Below are positions 46,725 to 57,000 of a stretch of DNA of 64,000 bases, piece by piece. Numbering within the stretch: position 1 is the stretch's first letter; each line of letters begins with the position of its first letter. The notes beneath the pieces were generated by a model. The model did no database searches and was not told the DNA's origin. It saw only the letters and a program-made list of their open reading frames with translations. The position numbers were made by a program, and so were the translations under genes. Source of the DNA: Euryarchaeota archaeon UBA552. Lineage in GTDB: Archaea; Thermoplasmatota; Poseidoniia; Poseidoniales; Thalassarchaeaceae. Location: assembly GCA_002499585.1 (NCBI GenBank), contig DAMH01000002.1:32147-96146 (forward strand), in the 5' to 3' direction.

Positions 46725-46732
46725 GGTGTAAA

Positions 46733-47068
46733 ATGTCAACGGTAATTTACGATGATTTCTGTGAGTCATGCTCGGCTTGGGCAAAATTCATCGACAAAAG
46801 AAGAGTGAGAGAAATCAATACAGTTGGTCAGGAGACTCAAGAGGGTAAAAAAATCCTGCAAAATAGACCCTCGGAATTCATTGGCGTGGATTCAGTGTTC
46901 CTCATCGATGAAACAGGACAATGGTTCTCAAAGTCGAGTGCAGCGCTTAGAATTGTCACTAGGTTAAGATTTCCATGGCCACTTCTATCAACTGGACTGA
47001 TCGTTCCGAGATTTATCAGAGATTTTGTCTATGACGAATATGCAAAGCGTAGATTTAGGAATTTCTGA
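46733..47068 (+). CDS. DCC-family thiol-disulfide oxidoreductase (DUF393)
   Basis: N-terminal VIYDDFCESC CxxC motif, about 110 aa. Confidence 0.6.
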   Translation: MSTVIYDDFCESCSAWAKFIDKRRVREINTVGQETQEGKKILQNRPSEFIGVDSVFLIDETGQWFSKSSAALRIVTRLRFPWPLLSTGLIVPRFIRDFVYDEYAKRRFRNF

Positions 47069-47119
47069 TTTCTCATACGATACGTGGGGTTCATGTCACA
47101 AACCTCCTAGGGTAGACCG

Positions 47120-48163
47120 TTGACATCAGAGGGCAGAGATAGGCCGGCGAAGAAAAAACAGTTTCGGAACGCCTCTAAGAAAGGGGGGAAACCCTCACCC
47201 GAGGACTCCGAGGCTATCAAAAGGGCGATCGGCAGATTTGAAATGAATCCTCTACCAACTGGTTTACCAGAGTCCATTGATCCCCCTCCTCGAAAAATAG
47301 AGATTGATTGGCCAATTAAGCTCGTTTCCAAGGCCGTACAAGATAGGGTCAGCGAGATTGTAACGAGAAAGGGGGAATTTGGATACTTGCCGCAAAATAG
47401 AGTTGACGAGATAGCAAGTCAGATCGTCGATATGGACATTACTTTGGAGCAGGCACTTTCACTTAGAGCCGCACTGAACCAAGAAAAGAGTGTATTTTCC
47501 CATGGAAGGTTGATGAGGCGATCCAACGAACTACGACGAAGATACGAGGGAGGCGACAGTGTCTTGTCTCTATCAAAGCGTTTCGACGCACCGCCTGTCA
47601 ATACATTCCGGGCTATTCTGACCGGACGGGGCTGGTCTAAAAATAGAATTAAGGAATCTTTGAAGGCCCCAAAGTCCAAGCTCAAACCCAGAGATTACGA
47701 GCAATTCCAGTTAGCAGAAGAAGCAGACAGAGTCAGTTCTGTGAATCAAACGGAAACGCAATCCGCAGCTGAGGTATTTGAGGAGATTCTGTGCACACAT
47801 TTCTCCAATCTGGGTGTGCGTTTCAGAAAACAGGGTGATTTGGAGGTTGAGCAGAAGAAAAACGAAGGTCGGGCAATTATAACTCCTGATCTCTTGTTTT
47901 TGGACGATGTCAGGGTAAATGGGGTTCCATGCGCATGGATAGATGCAAAACATTTCTTTGGGGCCGCACTAAATTTTCAAAGAAAGAAGACTCAGAAACA
48001 GGTCGATAGGTACGTATCCGCTTACGGACAGGGCGCGATAGTATACAGGCACGGTTTTTGCGGGTCACTCAGATTGAGAGGAGCACAGTTGCTAGATTCC
48101 TCGCCACTCAACCTAACACAATTGGATCTATTCCACGAGAACAATAGGGTGTCAGAATTATGA
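47120..48163 (+). CDS. CDIN1/C15orf41-like (TPD-motif) PD-(D/E)XK nuclease-fold protein
   Basis: ITPDLLF ... WIDAKHFFG ... GQGAIVYRHGF gives a PD...DxK core plus the family-typical downstream motif (recalled). Basic N-terminus. The track start is TTG; next ATG at 47243. Confidence 0.5.
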   Translation: MTSEGRDRPAKKKQFRNASKKGGKPSPEDSEAIKRAIGRFEMNPLPTGLPESIDPPPRKIEIDWPIKLVSKAVQDRVSEIVTRKGEFGYLPQNRVDEIASQIVDMDITLEQALSLRAALNQEKSVFSHGRLMRRSNELRRRYEGGDSVLSLSKRFDAPPVNTFRAILTGRGWSKNRIKESLKAPKSKLKPRDYEQFQLAEEADRVSSVNQTETQSAAEVFEEILCTHFSNLGVRFRKQGDLEVEQKKNEGRAIITPDLLFLDDVRVNGVPCAWIDAKHFFGAALNFQRKKTQKQVDRYVSAYGQGAIVYRHGFCGSLRLRGAQLLDSSPLNLTQLDLFHENNRVSEL

Positions 48164-49138
48164 GATGGGTGCTATCCTTACGAGTTTTTTTTCCAGATCA
48201 GCAAGCAGTATTGACTCCTCAATAAGTCGGAAATTAACGGGGACTTCCAATAACTTCTGAGTGACTATGGCACTGTTACCCAATAGGCAAAGTGAGGCAA
48301 CCGCTTCTTGCTCCGAGCGCGTGATTGCGGATTCCACCAAATTCAACATATCACGGCGGCCACTGTCGTCGATTAAACCACAGTCTTCGACAAAATTCCT
48401 CGCAGAAGACAAGAGTGCCGGCCAAGATGCAGGACCCCAATCATCGGTCAGAGACCTTATTGCATCATTTCCAGCGCTGGTTATTTTGATTTTCCACTCC
48501 ATATCATCGATGTAACTTCTGGTATGATGACCTCTCTCTTTTGGCCAGATAAGAAGAATTTCCATGGGGTGAAACCATCCTTTTGATGATCCTGGCCCCC
48601 TCTCAAGATTGTTCCCATGATATGGGGCTCCGGGAGAGGTTCTGATCTCAATACCTCCTGCAGAGATACCACAGACATCCCCGAGACCAGATGACGTTCT
48701 TCTTTCCGAGTTATGTGCATGCAGCAGAGATCTTCTAAGGGACTTCTCATATTCAACTCCAATTGATCGTTGTACGGCCCTCGATGTAGCAATTGCAAGC
48801 GCGGCAGACATGCCGAAGCCTTGTGACGTCGGAAGACCGTTATTCACTGCGATGGTCCAAAACCTGTCTTTGATTTCAGGTAGATCGTCTGAGATGACTT
48901 CCATCACCTCCTTGACAAGCCTTTCAGAGCCTTCAAAACCGTTGAACCTGATGTCTGTTCCCCACTCCCCCAAAACACCTTTCACAGACACTCTACAACC
49001 ATCACTCAGACAGATTCCAGCCCCCCTGCTACCCTGCATGTGCGGGTGCTCAGAGGCATCCTCGACTGTGAAGACCAGTGTCACGTGTCCCCCACATGAG
49101 GCGTGACCGATCGCAGGTATCTGCATCGTTCTACTCAT
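48158..49138 (-). CDS. GHMP-family kinase, pantoate kinase-like (archaeal CoA pathway)
   Basis: GHMP motif (PTSQGFGMSAALAIA), about 320 aa, N-terminal GHASCGGHVTLVF. Substrate inferred from archaeal context. Confidence 0.55.
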   Translation of the reverse strand: MSRTMQIPAIGHASCGGHVTLVFTVEDASEHPHMQGSRGAGICLSDGCRVSVKGVLGEWGTDIRFNGFEGSERLVKEVMEVISDDLPEIKDRFWTIAVNNGLPTSQGFGMSAALAIATSRAVQRSIGVEYEKSLRRSLLHAHNSERRTSSGLGDVCGISAGGIEIRTSPGAPYHGNNLERGPGSSKGWFHPMEILLIWPKERGHHTRSYIDDMEWKIKITSAGNDAIRSLTDDWGPASWPALLSSARNFVEDCGLIDDSGRRDMLNLVESAITRSEQEAVASLCLLGNSAIVTQKLLEVPVNFRLIEESILLADLEKKLVRIAPIS

Positions 49139-49169
49139 CGGGAACTAGTCCTTGAAACCAACTGGCCAT

Positions 49170-50159
49170 TCATGCAAGTACATGTTCAATGTCATCCTTG
49201 ATGGCATTAAAGCGCTGTGATAGCTTGGTGAATGAAGCGTTTAATGCCTCTATCGGGGTCATTGAACCGTCAGTTTCGAAACTGAGGATAAACTCGCCGT
49301 CCACATCTTCAAGTTTTATTGCATCGTCAAAACTTTCAGACATTCCTGTTCCTGCGCCTACGTTGTGCAGGTCTTTCTTGAGATCCATTATTTTCGAGAT
49401 GTCTTTCAGTTGACCAGATTTGAAATCCTTCTTGGACACCCTCAGACCTAGGTCAAAAAGTAATTTTGCTTTCTTCTCGTTTGCTATAGTTGCGATTTGC
49501 CTGGGAAAGAAGGAAACCCCTGCCACGGGAGACCACTTTGCATGATGAACACCGTAACCCATTCGAGCTGTGGCCCATAGTTCAAGCATCTGTCCTTCAA
49601 ATAACCTGGTTATGGGTATGTCTCTGTATGCTTCAGGGACATTTCCAGAATCATCTCCTAGGAAAGTCAGGTCCCTTGCCGTTATGTCTCTGCCTTCTTT
49701 GGACCCAAATGCCCTCAATGTGTAGATCATGTTGCATGTGGGACAGCCCCTGTCTTCCTCCACAAGATCCTTGCAATCAGGACAGTCTTCTTCGAAAGAG
49801 TAAGCCTCCGGATTGGTGGGGATTGGAATCATCGCCATTCTCTGAGCGATCATCTCGTCTGGGATGGCACTGTTAGTTTCCCAAACAATGTAGTCATCAC
49901 CCTCTTTTTCAAATGCAACCCCACACTTTGAGCATCCAGTCCCTCCTGCCGATCGACGTGCAACACCAGCAGGGTTGAGATGCTCACACTTTGAGCACTG
50001 ATCATAAGTTCCCATTTGGAATCTCACGCTGTCAATGGCCATCTTGGGTATGTGCCCCATTAGATTCCTCCTGACTGCGTTCAATAATGCTCGATCTGAG
50101 TCCTTGAAAAGGACCGTTACCATGTCACCTTCTTCTGAAACGATTTCTATTGATACCAC
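49170..50159 (-). CDS. rpoD: DNA-directed RNA polymerase subunit Rpo3 (RpoD)
   Basis: Rpo3-like dimerisation segments (LLNAVRRNLMGHIPKMAIDSV, IPDEMIAQRMAMIPI). Position downstream of uS13-uS4-uS11 matches the conserved archaeal operon. Confidence 0.85.
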   Translation of the reverse strand: MVSIEIVSEEGDMVTVLFKDSDRALLNAVRRNLMGHIPKMAIDSVRFQMGTYDQCSKCEHLNPAGVARRSAGGTGCSKCGVAFEKEGDDYIVWETNSAIPDEMIAQRMAMIPIPTNPEAYSFEEDCPDCKDLVEEDRGCPTCNMIYTLRAFGSKEGRDITARDLTFLGDDSGNVPEAYRDIPITRLFEGQMLELWATARMGYGVHHAKWSPVAGVSFFPRQIATIANEKKAKLLFDLGLRVSKKDFKSGQLKDISKIMDLKKDLHNVGAGTGMSESFDDAIKLEDVDGEFILSFETDGSMTPIEALNASFTKLSQRFNAIKDDIEHVLA

Positions 50160-50168
50160 TCACTCACC

Positions 50169-50552
50169 TCATACTCTCCGGCCACGTCGGCCTCCCTTCT
50201 TCTTTGTCCCATCCGTAGGGATTGGAGTGACATCCTCAATTCTTGATACCTGAATGCCAGCACGAGTCAAGGCTCGGATTGCGGCAGTAGCACCCGGAGC
50301 ATTTGGCGATCGGTTCCCACCAGCACCTCTGTATTTCACTATGACCTGGTCAAATTCTTTTTCAAACAGAAGCTCAGCCATCCTCTCTGCGGACCTCATT
50401 GCTGCGAACTGGCTACTTTTGTCACTTCCCTTCTTGGTTATCATTCCGCCTGAGACCTTACCGATCGTCTCTGCACCCGTGAGATCTGTCGCGGTCATCA
50501 GCACGTTGTTGTAGGTGGTGAATATGTGCAAAACAGCCTTCCTACCCATCAC
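50169..50552 (-). CDS. rps11: 30S ribosomal protein uS11
   Basis: Typical uS11 sequence ([20 protein letters not shown] ... [13 protein letters not shown] ... TPIPTDG). Confidence 0.95.
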   Translation of the reverse strand: MMGRKAVLHIFTTYNNVLMTATDLTGAETIGKVSGGMITKKGSDKSSQFAAMRSAERMAELLFEKEFDQVIVKYRGAGGNRSPNAPGATAAIRALTRAGIQVSRIEDVTPIPTDGTKKKGGRRGRRV

Positions 50553-51217
50553 GCTCCCTCCTCAGGTATCGTGTCTTCTATGGTAGGAGCCGACTCTGCA
50601 TCTGCCTTGACTTGCTCTACGAAATCATCCTCGGGATCTTTTTGGGTATCGTCCTCTGGTGTTCCGCCCGGCATTCTACGCTCTTCCATTTCTCTCCTGA
50701 AGGCGTGATCAGGGTCAATGTATGGAGATCCGGGAGAGTATCCCAATTCCTCCTCTTCCGATCTTAGTATCTTATAACCAGGAACAGTCATCCTTTGGTC
50801 ACCGATGGATATGTGGCCGTGAACTATCAACGACCTTGCTGATCGCATGGAGGGGGCCAGTCCCTTGAAGTAGACAACAGATTGTAATCTTCTCGAGAGC
50901 ATTTGCTCGACAGTAATGGATAGAACATCGTCGAGATTCGAATCTTCGTGTAGCAGGCCCTTGTTGTGGAGAGAGACGAGAAGATCCTGCTTCTCGCGGG
51001 CAAAATGACCCTCCGTGGAGTCCACTCTACCAATTAGCTTCATTGCTTGATTTCTGTGCCTTCGTAGAGCAGATTTCTCCCTCCAAATCTCTTTCATTCC
51101 GCCGACCTTTTTGAGACCAAATTGCTCTTTCAGCCTGTGCTCTTCCTCTATCCTCGCTTCCTTCCAGGGATGCGTGGGCCTATCTGTTTTTGGACGTGCA
51201 AATTTTGGATGCCCCAT
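50549..51217 (-). CDS. rps4: 30S ribosomal protein uS4 with acidic C-terminal extension
   Basis: uS4 N-terminus (GHPKFARPK ... HPW) and S4 RNA-binding domain ([13 protein letters not shown] ... [10 protein letters not shown]). ATGA overlap with rps11. Confidence 0.95.
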   Translation of the reverse strand: MGHPKFARPKTDRPTHPWKEARIEEEHRLKEQFGLKKVGGMKEIWREKSALRRHRNQAMKLIGRVDSTEGHFAREKQDLLVSLHNKGLLHEDSNLDDVLSITVEQMLSRRLQSVVYFKGLAPSMRSARSLIVHGHISIGDQRMTVPGYKILRSEEEELGYSPGSPYIDPDHAFRREMEERRMPGGTPEDDTQKDPEDDFVEQVKADAESAPTIEDTIPEEGA

Positions 51218-51228
51218 TTCCGATCACC

Positions 51229-51696
51229 TCACTTCTTCCTCTCTACGCCAAGGGTTGCTCCACGCCTTCCATTTGATCTTAGGCGCTGCCCCCTCAACTT
51301 GTGACCAGATCTGTGCCTTATACCACGATAGCTCTTGGTTGCTGCCAATCTTGCTACATCCTCGTCCTTAGTCAGTCTGACGTCCAATGAGACGAGGTGG
51401 GCGTCCTCGTTTGTTATGAGGTCTCGTTGACGGTTCACCATCCACCATGGTACTTTGGTAGCAAATTCATCTATGGCAGTTCTGAGACGATCTTGTTCGT
51501 CGTCGCCAAGATGACCTGACAGCATGCCAGCGTCAACTCCCGCGATATTGCATATCTGTTCGGCGCTCCTCTCCCCGATACCACGTATCGAGGTTAATCC
51601 CTGTTTGACTTGCTTCAAACCGTCTATATCGCTGTCTGCTATTCTGATGATGTAGGAGAAGTCCTCTCCCAATTGGCTCTCGTCTATCTTTGCCAT
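51229..51696 (-). CDS. rps13: 30S ribosomal protein uS13
   Basis: Typical uS13 (IRIADSDIDG ... LTSIRGIGERSA ... SYRGIRHRSGHKLRGQR). Confidence 0.95.
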   Translation of the reverse strand: MAKIDESQLGEDFSYIIRIADSDIDGLKQVKQGLTSIRGIGERSAEQICNIAGVDAGMLSGHLGDDEQDRLRTAIDEFATKVPWWMVNRQRDLITNEDAHLVSLDVRLTKDEDVARLAATKSYRGIRHRSGHKLRGQRLRSNGRRGATLGVERKK

Positions 51697-51787
51697 AATT
51701 CGGTTCCCCCGTGTTCACCGGTCGCCCAGTGGCTCTCTCAAGCGGGTCTCCGACCTACGGGCCATTTATGAAGGGACCGGAAGATGT

Positions 51788-53068
51788 TTACACAGTCTCT
51801 CTGCAAAAAATCAGGGTATTTGTTTTGCTACCCTCCGTCACAAAACCCCTGTCGCCTTCAACGGGGGAAAGTATGCGATTTAGCCTTGTAGATATTTTTG
51901 AGTGCAGTTTCGGATCGCAGGAACACCTTAGTTGAACACTAGCGATGTTATTCGCCATGGCAATTGATGCAATTCGATCAATCAACATCAAACCTATCTC
52001 CGCGTTCATTTCCTCCAGCACAGCCCCCTGTATTTGCACGAAAGGCTTCATCTCTGAGTTTTGTAGTATCGGCCTGAATAATCGAACTAGTGGCCGCCTG
52101 TCTGACTTCCTTATCCATGTGAGGCTATTACCTTCAGAACTAGCATACCCACCAAAAACATCCTTCAGGCCGGCCATATTCACCACGGGGTCTATCAAAG
52201 CTACTACATCACCCTGGTCGAGTTTCACTGAGGGCCAATCCGAATCAGAGCTGTCTAGTTCAGTGTTTTTCCCACTCAGCACTGTCCAGCGTCCATCCCC
52301 GCTCAGTCGAACACATCTGGCTACGATTCCATCGGTTACAAATGGACCGGTGAACAACGTCAATCTATCGACCCGACCCCCTCCTCTGCTAAGCCATTCC
52401 CATGCCATGCTGACACCAGGGAAGACAGACTGAACAATATCCTCCACCTCTCGCCTCTGGTCCGAAGCAAGCCTAGGTGACAGATCTAGTACCAAGGCTA
52501 CCCCATCTTCACCTTCTTCGATATATTTTGACCAGCATTCCAGTAGTGCATCCAACTGAGGCTCCATTTCTGATATTGAGTGATTTTGTGCGTCCATCGG
52601 ACGAGCAGGATCCACATGGATCATTGAGACGACTGATGAGCCCATGTGCGATTCTGCGATGGACATCGCACCCTCGGCTGCCAAACCATCCCCACAGAGG
52701 ACCAGTGATGGGGTTTTACTGGATAATGCCGACATAGAATCGGCACAGAAAGCTGCTCTCTCGGGGGACATCTCAATTCCTAGACATGACTTTTGGAGCA
52801 TTTCAGCATAAGCCGCTAATTGCCCTCCAGATCCTGCGGCAGGATCAACAACAATGCCCGTGGGGAGCTCGATTAAGGACGCTTGATGGGCACGAAAAGC
52901 GCAAATTTGCCTCGGTGTCAATAAGCGACGTAATTCATCGGGCGGGCGATCTGGAATGGCACCTTGACCCGCTCCGTGTACTACTCTGTGACTCATTATC
53001 CCGGACATGGCTAAAACCAGCATCAACCCAATGGTCCACGATTGATCTCCATTTCGAAACGAAGCCAT
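51788..53068 (-). CDS. Class I SAM-dependent methyltransferase (THUMP-like/RNA MTase-like, unassigned)
   Basis: SAM motif I (VVDPAAGSGGQ) and IHVDPARP motif. Start uncertain (ATGs at 53068, 53008, 52996); the longest form overlaps the upstream gene. Confidence 0.5.
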   Translation of the reverse strand: MASFRNGDQSWTIGLMLVLAMSGIMSHRVVHGAGQGAIPDRPPDELRRLLTPRQICAFRAHQASLIELPTGIVVDPAAGSGGQLAAYAEMLQKSCLGIEMSPERAAFCADSMSALSSKTPSLVLCGDGLAAEGAMSIAESHMGSSVVSMIHVDPARPMDAQNHSISEMEPQLDALLECWSKYIEEGEDGVALVLDLSPRLASDQRREVEDIVQSVFPGVSMAWEWLSRGGGRVDRLTLFTGPFVTDGIVARCVRLSGDGRWTVLSGKNTELDSSDSDWPSVKLDQGDVVALIDPVVNMAGLKDVFGGYASSEGNSLTWIRKSDRRPLVRLFRPILQNSEMKPFVQIQGAVLEEMNAEIGLMLIDRIASIAMANNIASVQLRCSCDPKLHSKISTRLNRILSPVEGDRGFVTEGSKTNTLIFCRETV

Positions 53069-53982
53069 CGATCATTTAACTCGTTATCGCTGCCACCGTA
53101 GGCTAGTGAAGGGGGGAGAAGAGTGGTGTGAGACGTGCCTGAGCTGATACCTGGAATTAAACCTCTGTCGGTATCGATGTCAAGCCCTATCGCTGACCAA
53201 CCGAAACCTTCTATCCACGCAGGGTCATTCCCAGCAGTAACGACAAGGTCTCCTTCATCCAGTTCCTCCTCGGTGTCCGCATCCCAAACCGTGTAGTGGA
53301 CCTCTATCTGATCTCCTTCCTGCACGTGAATGTCCTTTGGTTGGTTTCCAGAAAAGACAGTTACATCGACAAGAACTTGAGCCTCCATTACCTGAAGGTG
53401 AGAAACTATAATTTGAACTTCGTGTTCTGTAACATCCTCTGTCAGGATCAGCTCTAACACAATTGAATCATTTCCCGGCAAGTCGATTACAGATAGGTCC
53501 GGTTCGCCACCGTCGCCAAACACAATCGAGCCTCCGATTATCTCAAGAACGAGATCTAGTGATTGATTACCCCTGTTATGAACAGCAAGTGAAGCCCTGT
53601 CCCCTTGTCCTTGATGCTCCCAATCACATCTGACCTCCCCAGGAAGTAGGAACAAATCATCCTGATCGGACAAAGCCTCAGGCCAATCCCAATCGTCCAT
53701 TCTCGGGGAACATGTATCGAAGAGCAAACCAGCCTCCCAGTACCACCGTTCCGAATCCGGATCCTGGATCAACGACCTGTCTGTGGCATCGAATGCATCT
53801 TGATTGATATCGAGAAACTTCCACAGGCTGTAACCGACAACTACAGTGGAGAGAAAAATCAGTGCAACCATGGACAGAGAGAGTACTATAGCCGCCCTTG
53901 GAATCGCCATTCGGTTGATACCAAGTGGCACGGTAGGGTGCTCAATCTCCTCGGCCGTGTCCGAGATCCAGGGTCCTGTCAC
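53023..53982 (-). CDS. Membrane-anchored protein with degenerate C-terminal FKBP-like domain
   Basis: One N-terminal TM helix (AAIVLSLSMVALIFLSTVVVG). C-terminal GDQIEVHYTVW ... LLPPSLAYGGS resembles the FKBP PPIase pattern. Confidence 0.4.
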   Translation of the reverse strand: MTGPWISDTAEEIEHPTVPLGINRMAIPRAAIVLSLSMVALIFLSTVVVGYSLWKFLDINQDAFDATDRSLIQDPDSERWYWEAGLLFDTCSPRMDDWDWPEALSDQDDLFLLPGEVRCDWEHQGQGDRASLAVHNRGNQSLDLVLEIIGGSIVFGDGGEPDLSVIDLPGNDSIVLELILTEDVTEHEVQIIVSHLQVMEAQVLVDVTVFSGNQPKDIHVQEGDQIEVHYTVWDADTEEELDEGDLVVTAGNDPAWIEGFGWSAIGLDIDTDRGLIPGISSGTSHTTLLPPSLAYGGSDNELNDRWLRFEMEINRGPLG

Positions 53983-54034
53983 AACCCCCTCTCCCCACTC
54001 GCCGCAATCAATATTCGCCCGATTCGATCGAAAA

Positions 54035-57000
54035 TCAGTCGATTTGAAGACTTTGCATGTTTTTCTGACTCAGCCAAAGTACGATCGCCAACTCCATTGA
54101 TACAAAACCAGTCACTGCGAGCAACCAGGCCCCGTCCATGTCCGACAACCAAATCATGATGCCGAACACGGTTGCTAATGCGAGATCGACCAATCCGGTG
54201 ACTCTCAACCCTTTTCTGAATTTGACAACGCCCAGCGACCATGCCAATGAAGAGATAATGAACAAGACAAGAATACCTGATCTAAGACCAAAAATTGCGA
54301 ATGAGCAAACTATCACCAATACATGGGAGGTTTGCAGTGCGGGAACAATCCAACGGTCAAGATCGCGAAACAGGCATGCGAATAGTATGCATATGAATAT
54401 CAACAGTTCCACGACCACAACGTATCCTCCTAGGGACGAGGTTGACGATAGAACAGGCTGGAGAGAGACAATTGAGATTGGTAAAAGCAAGGCCAACGTA
54501 GCAGCAACCCTCTCCCTCCTACCCTTCACAGTACTGTAGACTCCTTTCACAGCTGCTAAAATTCCAGCCGGACCCCATGATAGCACAATCACAGAAAACG
54601 GGAATAATACCTCATCTGCGCCTCGTCTGTGTCCTTCATGGCCCCCTTGGCGGTCAATTAGGAAGTCAAGGAAGATGCATAAGGCTAATACCGCCTCTAG
54701 GAGAACGAATGGATATGTCCAAGATAACATATTTCCGTCAAAGGGATTTACACCAAGTGGGGCTGGAAGTGAACCTATCAGAACAAAACCGATGATTCTA
54801 GTCGATGCCAAAGGATATACGATCCAGTTCAACATGGCCCTGCGCGCTTCAAGGCCTTTGTCACTGTTCCAAAGACTGGACATTGCAATCATGACTGTCA
54901 GCGCAGTGGCCACACCAAAGTCAGTCATATCCCTCACAGATGAAGATGGATTTGTGTGGCCTAATACCACGGCGCAAGAAACCCCGATCACAGCCGTGGC
55001 CGCAGTTGTGTCTGACCCCAGAGTATCAGTCAGTCTGATACCAATTCTTTCTGATCTCTGACCTTCGAGAATGACTATGATCACAAGGAAAGATCCTGCG
55101 CAGAGAAGTAGAAAGGGCGCTGGTCCAGTCAAGAAAGAGTACAACGCAAGTGATATTGAAACAATTCCGATGACACTTATAGCTACGACAGGGAAGTGGC
55201 GAACCTCTTCTATGTATGACTCTCCGTGTGACTCCTTCATGCCTTTTCTTCGACTTTCTTCAACAACGGGATGGTAATCCTGCGACATCGATAAGGAGGC
55301 CTGTGATGCCGCTACTTCCCGTATCCGTCGATTTTTTTCGGAGACAGACTTCAACTCCCTAATCAACTCCCCCTTGGTCACAAACCAAATTGAAGAAGCG
55401 AAGAATGCAGTCAGAGAAAGTGCCACTAAAGTTAGACGACCATCCAAAAATGATAGAATGCTGTTCAAAGTCGTTTGGACGATAATAACAGTGGAAAGAG
55501 GCAGTATTCGTTGCTGCAGAGAAGTCCTTTGCATAGCCGTTATGACTGAAAAAACACCTATGGATACCACACAAGTGGCCGGATCAGGTAGCCATTGCAG
55601 GTCTGAATTAACAACATTCATGCTTGCTGTTTCAGGCATCAATATGAGCACTGGTCCGACTTGGATTAGGAACCCAAGCCAATCTTCTGTCGGATTCCAT
55701 TTTCCTATCGCTATGGGTGTCAGGACTGACAGTCCTACGACCAATATGACAATTGATGCGTCACATCCCAGCCACTGCAGACACATCCCGCCCAAACCCG
55801 TCACGACTGGAATGAAAAGTGTTGATTCTATCCTTGCTCCTACCAATGAGGATAGGGAATGCACCATTGAGATAGAAAACAGAATTATAGGAGCCTCCAC
55901 CGGAGAAAACTGCCCTCCAATGAACAAAATCACAGTACTCGATACTGGTAGCCAGAGAGCCAAATTCCATAGGTTAAATGCATTAGATTGTTTTACAGCC
56001 GCTGAGATTTCGGAAGACCCGGTTACTCCAGAGGATATATTGAGGGAGGCATTTTTGAAATTTGAGCAGATTAGTGCTGCTAATATCGAAGATCCGCACA
56101 AATAACCAATCAAAATTCGATCTCCGATCTCCAACAGGCTACCAATCTTCATTTCTGGATCTGAGTTTACATCAGAAACTGTGGCAATGACCTCATACAC
56201 AGTCAGGATCAACACTGGCCAGATCCAAGGAATCAGGATCGAAACACCTGCTAGGGATGCGGATTTCCTCTTCACGGACAGCAATCCACCGGCGATGTGC
56301 ATGGTTGAGAGGATCATTACGACCAAGAAAAGACCGTTTTCATACGTTCCATCTAAGGGAGTTATGACTAGCACAAGGGCAGTCGAAACTATTGAACCGG
56401 TCCAGAGGACAGTGTCGCTGACCTTGCCTTGGTACCTCCATAGCAAAGAGGCCAGACTGATGCAAGTTCCAGCAGAGAATATCCAGTATGGCCCTACGCC
56501 GATACCCACTAACCCAACTTCAATCCCTGTTGTCAGAGATGACAATATCAGGATGGAGAAAGCGGAGAAAAGCAAAACCTTCGACCTGTTTGTCCCTCTA
56601 ACCACGAGATAGGAAGCGAAATAACATAAAGACAGAAGTGCAACAATTGCGAAAGCAAAGGCAGCATTCTCGCGAACAGAACCCACAACTACGAGAGCTC
56701 CCGACACAGACAGGAGAACTGAGACGCCCCAAAGACCCGGCTTCCCTATCCCCAACAACTCCAAGCCGGAGGAGAACCAGTTCTCAGATGAGGAGAAACG
56801 TGTCGCCATTACAGCATTCAGAGAATTAACAGCGATCAAGGCTAGGAATAATTTCAGTGGACTCTCAAGAGCGACAATCGTCAAGGAACCGACTTCAAAT
56901 CCATCTGTTGCAACATGCATCCCGAACCAAAGATTTGACATCGCAATACCAAGCGCTGCCAAATTTCCAGAAGAGCGGTTAGAGGCAATTGAATGCAACA

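Noticed and set aside
51697-51787. Possible small RNA or tRNA in the spacer upstream of the uS13 operon
   Set aside because: No cloverleaf or T-loop motif. The 91-nt spacer contains a TATA-like CATAAAT on the minus strand and is more simply the ribosomal-protein operon promoter and leader.
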